Part shown: positions 62,020 through 64,000 of the stretch, piece by piece | Numbering within the stretch: position 1 is the first letter of the stretch | Layout of the letters: every line of letters starts with the position of its first letter | Assembly (NCBI RefSeq): GCF_002571385.2 | Contig: NW_019217799.1 | Span: forward strand, 825,675-889,674 | Source of the DNA: Stylophora pistillata | Taxonomy: Eukaryota | Direction of reading: 5' to 3' | DNA: 64,000 nucleotides | Program-made: the position numbers and the translations under genes | The notes under the pieces: model-generated | The model's input: the letters and a program-made list of their open reading frames with translations, nothing else | Told to the model about the DNA's origin: nothing | Database searches by the model: none

Positions 62020-64000
62020 TGTCTGTTGAGTAGTGTAGCTGCAATCGGTCATTTCGTTAAGAACTGTCCACTCAATCGAAGACAAGGTCACTCGAGCATT
62101 GCAGAACATGATTGCAAGCAGCAAGATGACAGTATAGCCTTGAATTCCAGCACGACTCGTCGGAATAGAGATATTCGTTGGTACATTGGCAGTGGTGCTA
62201 CAAAGCATATGACCTTTGAGAGAGATTTAATCGTCGATTTCTACGAGTATGAGCAGCCCTCAAAGATCTACCTTGGCGACAACAGAGCAATTGAAGCCCT
62301 TGGAGAAGGAAAAGTGAACCTTTCATGCTATGATGAATCAAATGCAGTTAGATTAACTTTAAACAAAGTACTGTATGTGCCCAATTTATCAAAGAACTTG
62401 TTGTCTGTTCCTGCTAGGACGCAAATGGGAGCAGAAGTTTTATTCGATGAAGGAAAGTGTATCATATCCAAGAATGAAAGAAGAGTCACCATTAGACACT
62501 TGGTCGACAGTAAACTCAACATGGTAAACACAGATGGAGAGGCTCACATCGCCAGTGCGCCATCACAATTGCTGGAGCAATGGTTTTCTTGGTTTGATCA
62601 TTTGAATTACTCCTATATTGATCGCTTTATAAAAGGAAAACTTGTTGAAGGCATGAGCTGCTCAAGTGGTGAAGTGAACAAAGAATGTGAAGCATGTGCA
62701 AGAGGGAACATGCACAGAATTCCTTTCCCCAAGAAAAGTGAAAAGGAAACACATCAGCCCCTCCAACTCGTACACAGTGACCTCTGTGGCCCAATGAATG
62801 TTGATTCTGTTGGTGGAAGCAAATATGTCCTTACATTTACTGACGACTACACCAGATATGTCACAGCGTATTTCATCAAGAGCAAGTCTGAAGTGTTATC
62901 AAAATTTGTGGAATATGTGGCAACGATGGGAAATAAAACTGATTTGCGAGTACGAGCCGTTAGAACCGATAATGGTGGAGAGTATACATCCCAGAACTTT
63001 AATAGGTTTTGTGCCGACAAGGGGATTGCACATTAGCTCACCGACCCGTACACACCAGAGCATTTAACAGCGTTTCAGAGAGGCTGAATCGCGCACTAAT
63101 TGAATCTGCAAGATCCATGCTCATTCATGCAAAGATGCCATTGAAGTCTTGGGCAGAAACTGTAAACACGGCTGTATATCTACACAACCAGAGTCCCACA
63201 AATGCACTAAAGGACAAAACGCCATTTGAATGTTGGTTTAGGAAGAAACCAACTGTGTCAAATTTGAAAGTTTTTGGAAGTGTCTGTTTCGTCCACACCC
63301 CAGATCCCTTACGAGAGAAGCTTGATCCGGCCCAAGAGCCGCAAAGCAGTATTTGTCGGATATCCATCGGAGAGTAAAGGCTACAAAGTGTATGAAGTGG
63401 ATGTTAAACGTTTCACAAGATGCAGAGACGTCATTTTTCATGAGAACAAGTTTCACATATTTGACGAAGTTACCAACAGCACATTCTTCTAAAAAAGCAA
63501 TGTAGAACCCGATGACGTCGGAGATGAGCCACAAGTCTCCACTGTTCCTACCATTCCAATCACTATCACAGAGTCTCCAGAGTATTTACCTTCACTAGGA
63601 CAACCTATGAAGATACTTTTACGCAACAAGTGAGAAGCCTTGGTCCAACCAGACAGAGAAAAGCACCAGACAGATTTCATCCAGAAGAATGTTCCATGTC
63701 AGAATCTTTAACTGCCGAGAACGAAGAACCGCAGTCAGTTGGTGCAGCAAGAAACAGGCTACAGTCGCTAAATCCACTACCGAAGCAGACTGATATGTTG
63801 CCCTAAGTCGAGCAACACAGGAAGCCATCTACTTACGAAAGCTATTGGCTGATCTAGGTTGTAAAGCTATCTCACCCACAGTGTTAAAGGAAGACAATCA
63901 AGGTGCCATAGAGCTATCACGGAATCCAAGATTTCATAACAGAACAAAGCACATTGATGTCGCATTTCACTTTATTCGTGAGAGAATAGCCTCAAATGAA
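62020..64000 (+). mobile_element. Decayed Ty1/copia LTR retrotransposon (gag knuckle-protease-integrase, RT deleted, RNase H C-terminus)
   Basis: GHFVKNCP knuckle; WYIGSGATKHM protease (DSG mutated to GSG); integrase LVHSDLCGP, FTDDYTRY, RTDNGGEY and ERLNR; RNase H EDNQGAI...RTKHIDVAFHFIRE. Integrase-before-RNase H order is copia-type. Frameshifted. Confidence 0.92.

Overview
AT-rich, intron-rich animal genomic DNA. The repeat families suggest a cnidarian, probably a scleractinian coral (inference). Left to right: the last two coding exons of IMP dehydrogenase (+); a complete 8-exon G-alpha-i gene (-, 354 aa); a compact 6-exon telomerase reverse transcriptase gene (TERT, -) sitting head-to-head, 163 bp ATG-to-ATG, with a 22-exon beta-mannosidase gene (MANBA, +); a secreted trypsin-like serine protease (-); a decayed DIRS-group tyrosine-recombinase retrotransposon; and a decayed Ty1/copia element. 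SINEs, MITEs, a LINE 3' fragment and Penelope-type ends are scattered throughout. The TERT locus is the most interesting part. It has a single in-frame TGA in the TEN-TRBD linker of an otherwise intact frame (readthrough, a 63-nt exitron, a split telomerase, or a nonsense allele/error). It also has a G-rich minisatellite that triplicates the splice donor inside RT motif B', a ~500-bp foldback element in its last intron, and a tiny shared promoter with MANBA. Two other candidates stand out: a family of TSD-less double-hairpin elements sharing a recombinase-like TAATAA-N5-TTATTA core, and an alternative IMPDH micro-exon that would swap the C-terminus. All exon models were read by hand from splice signals and protein motifs; no searches were run.
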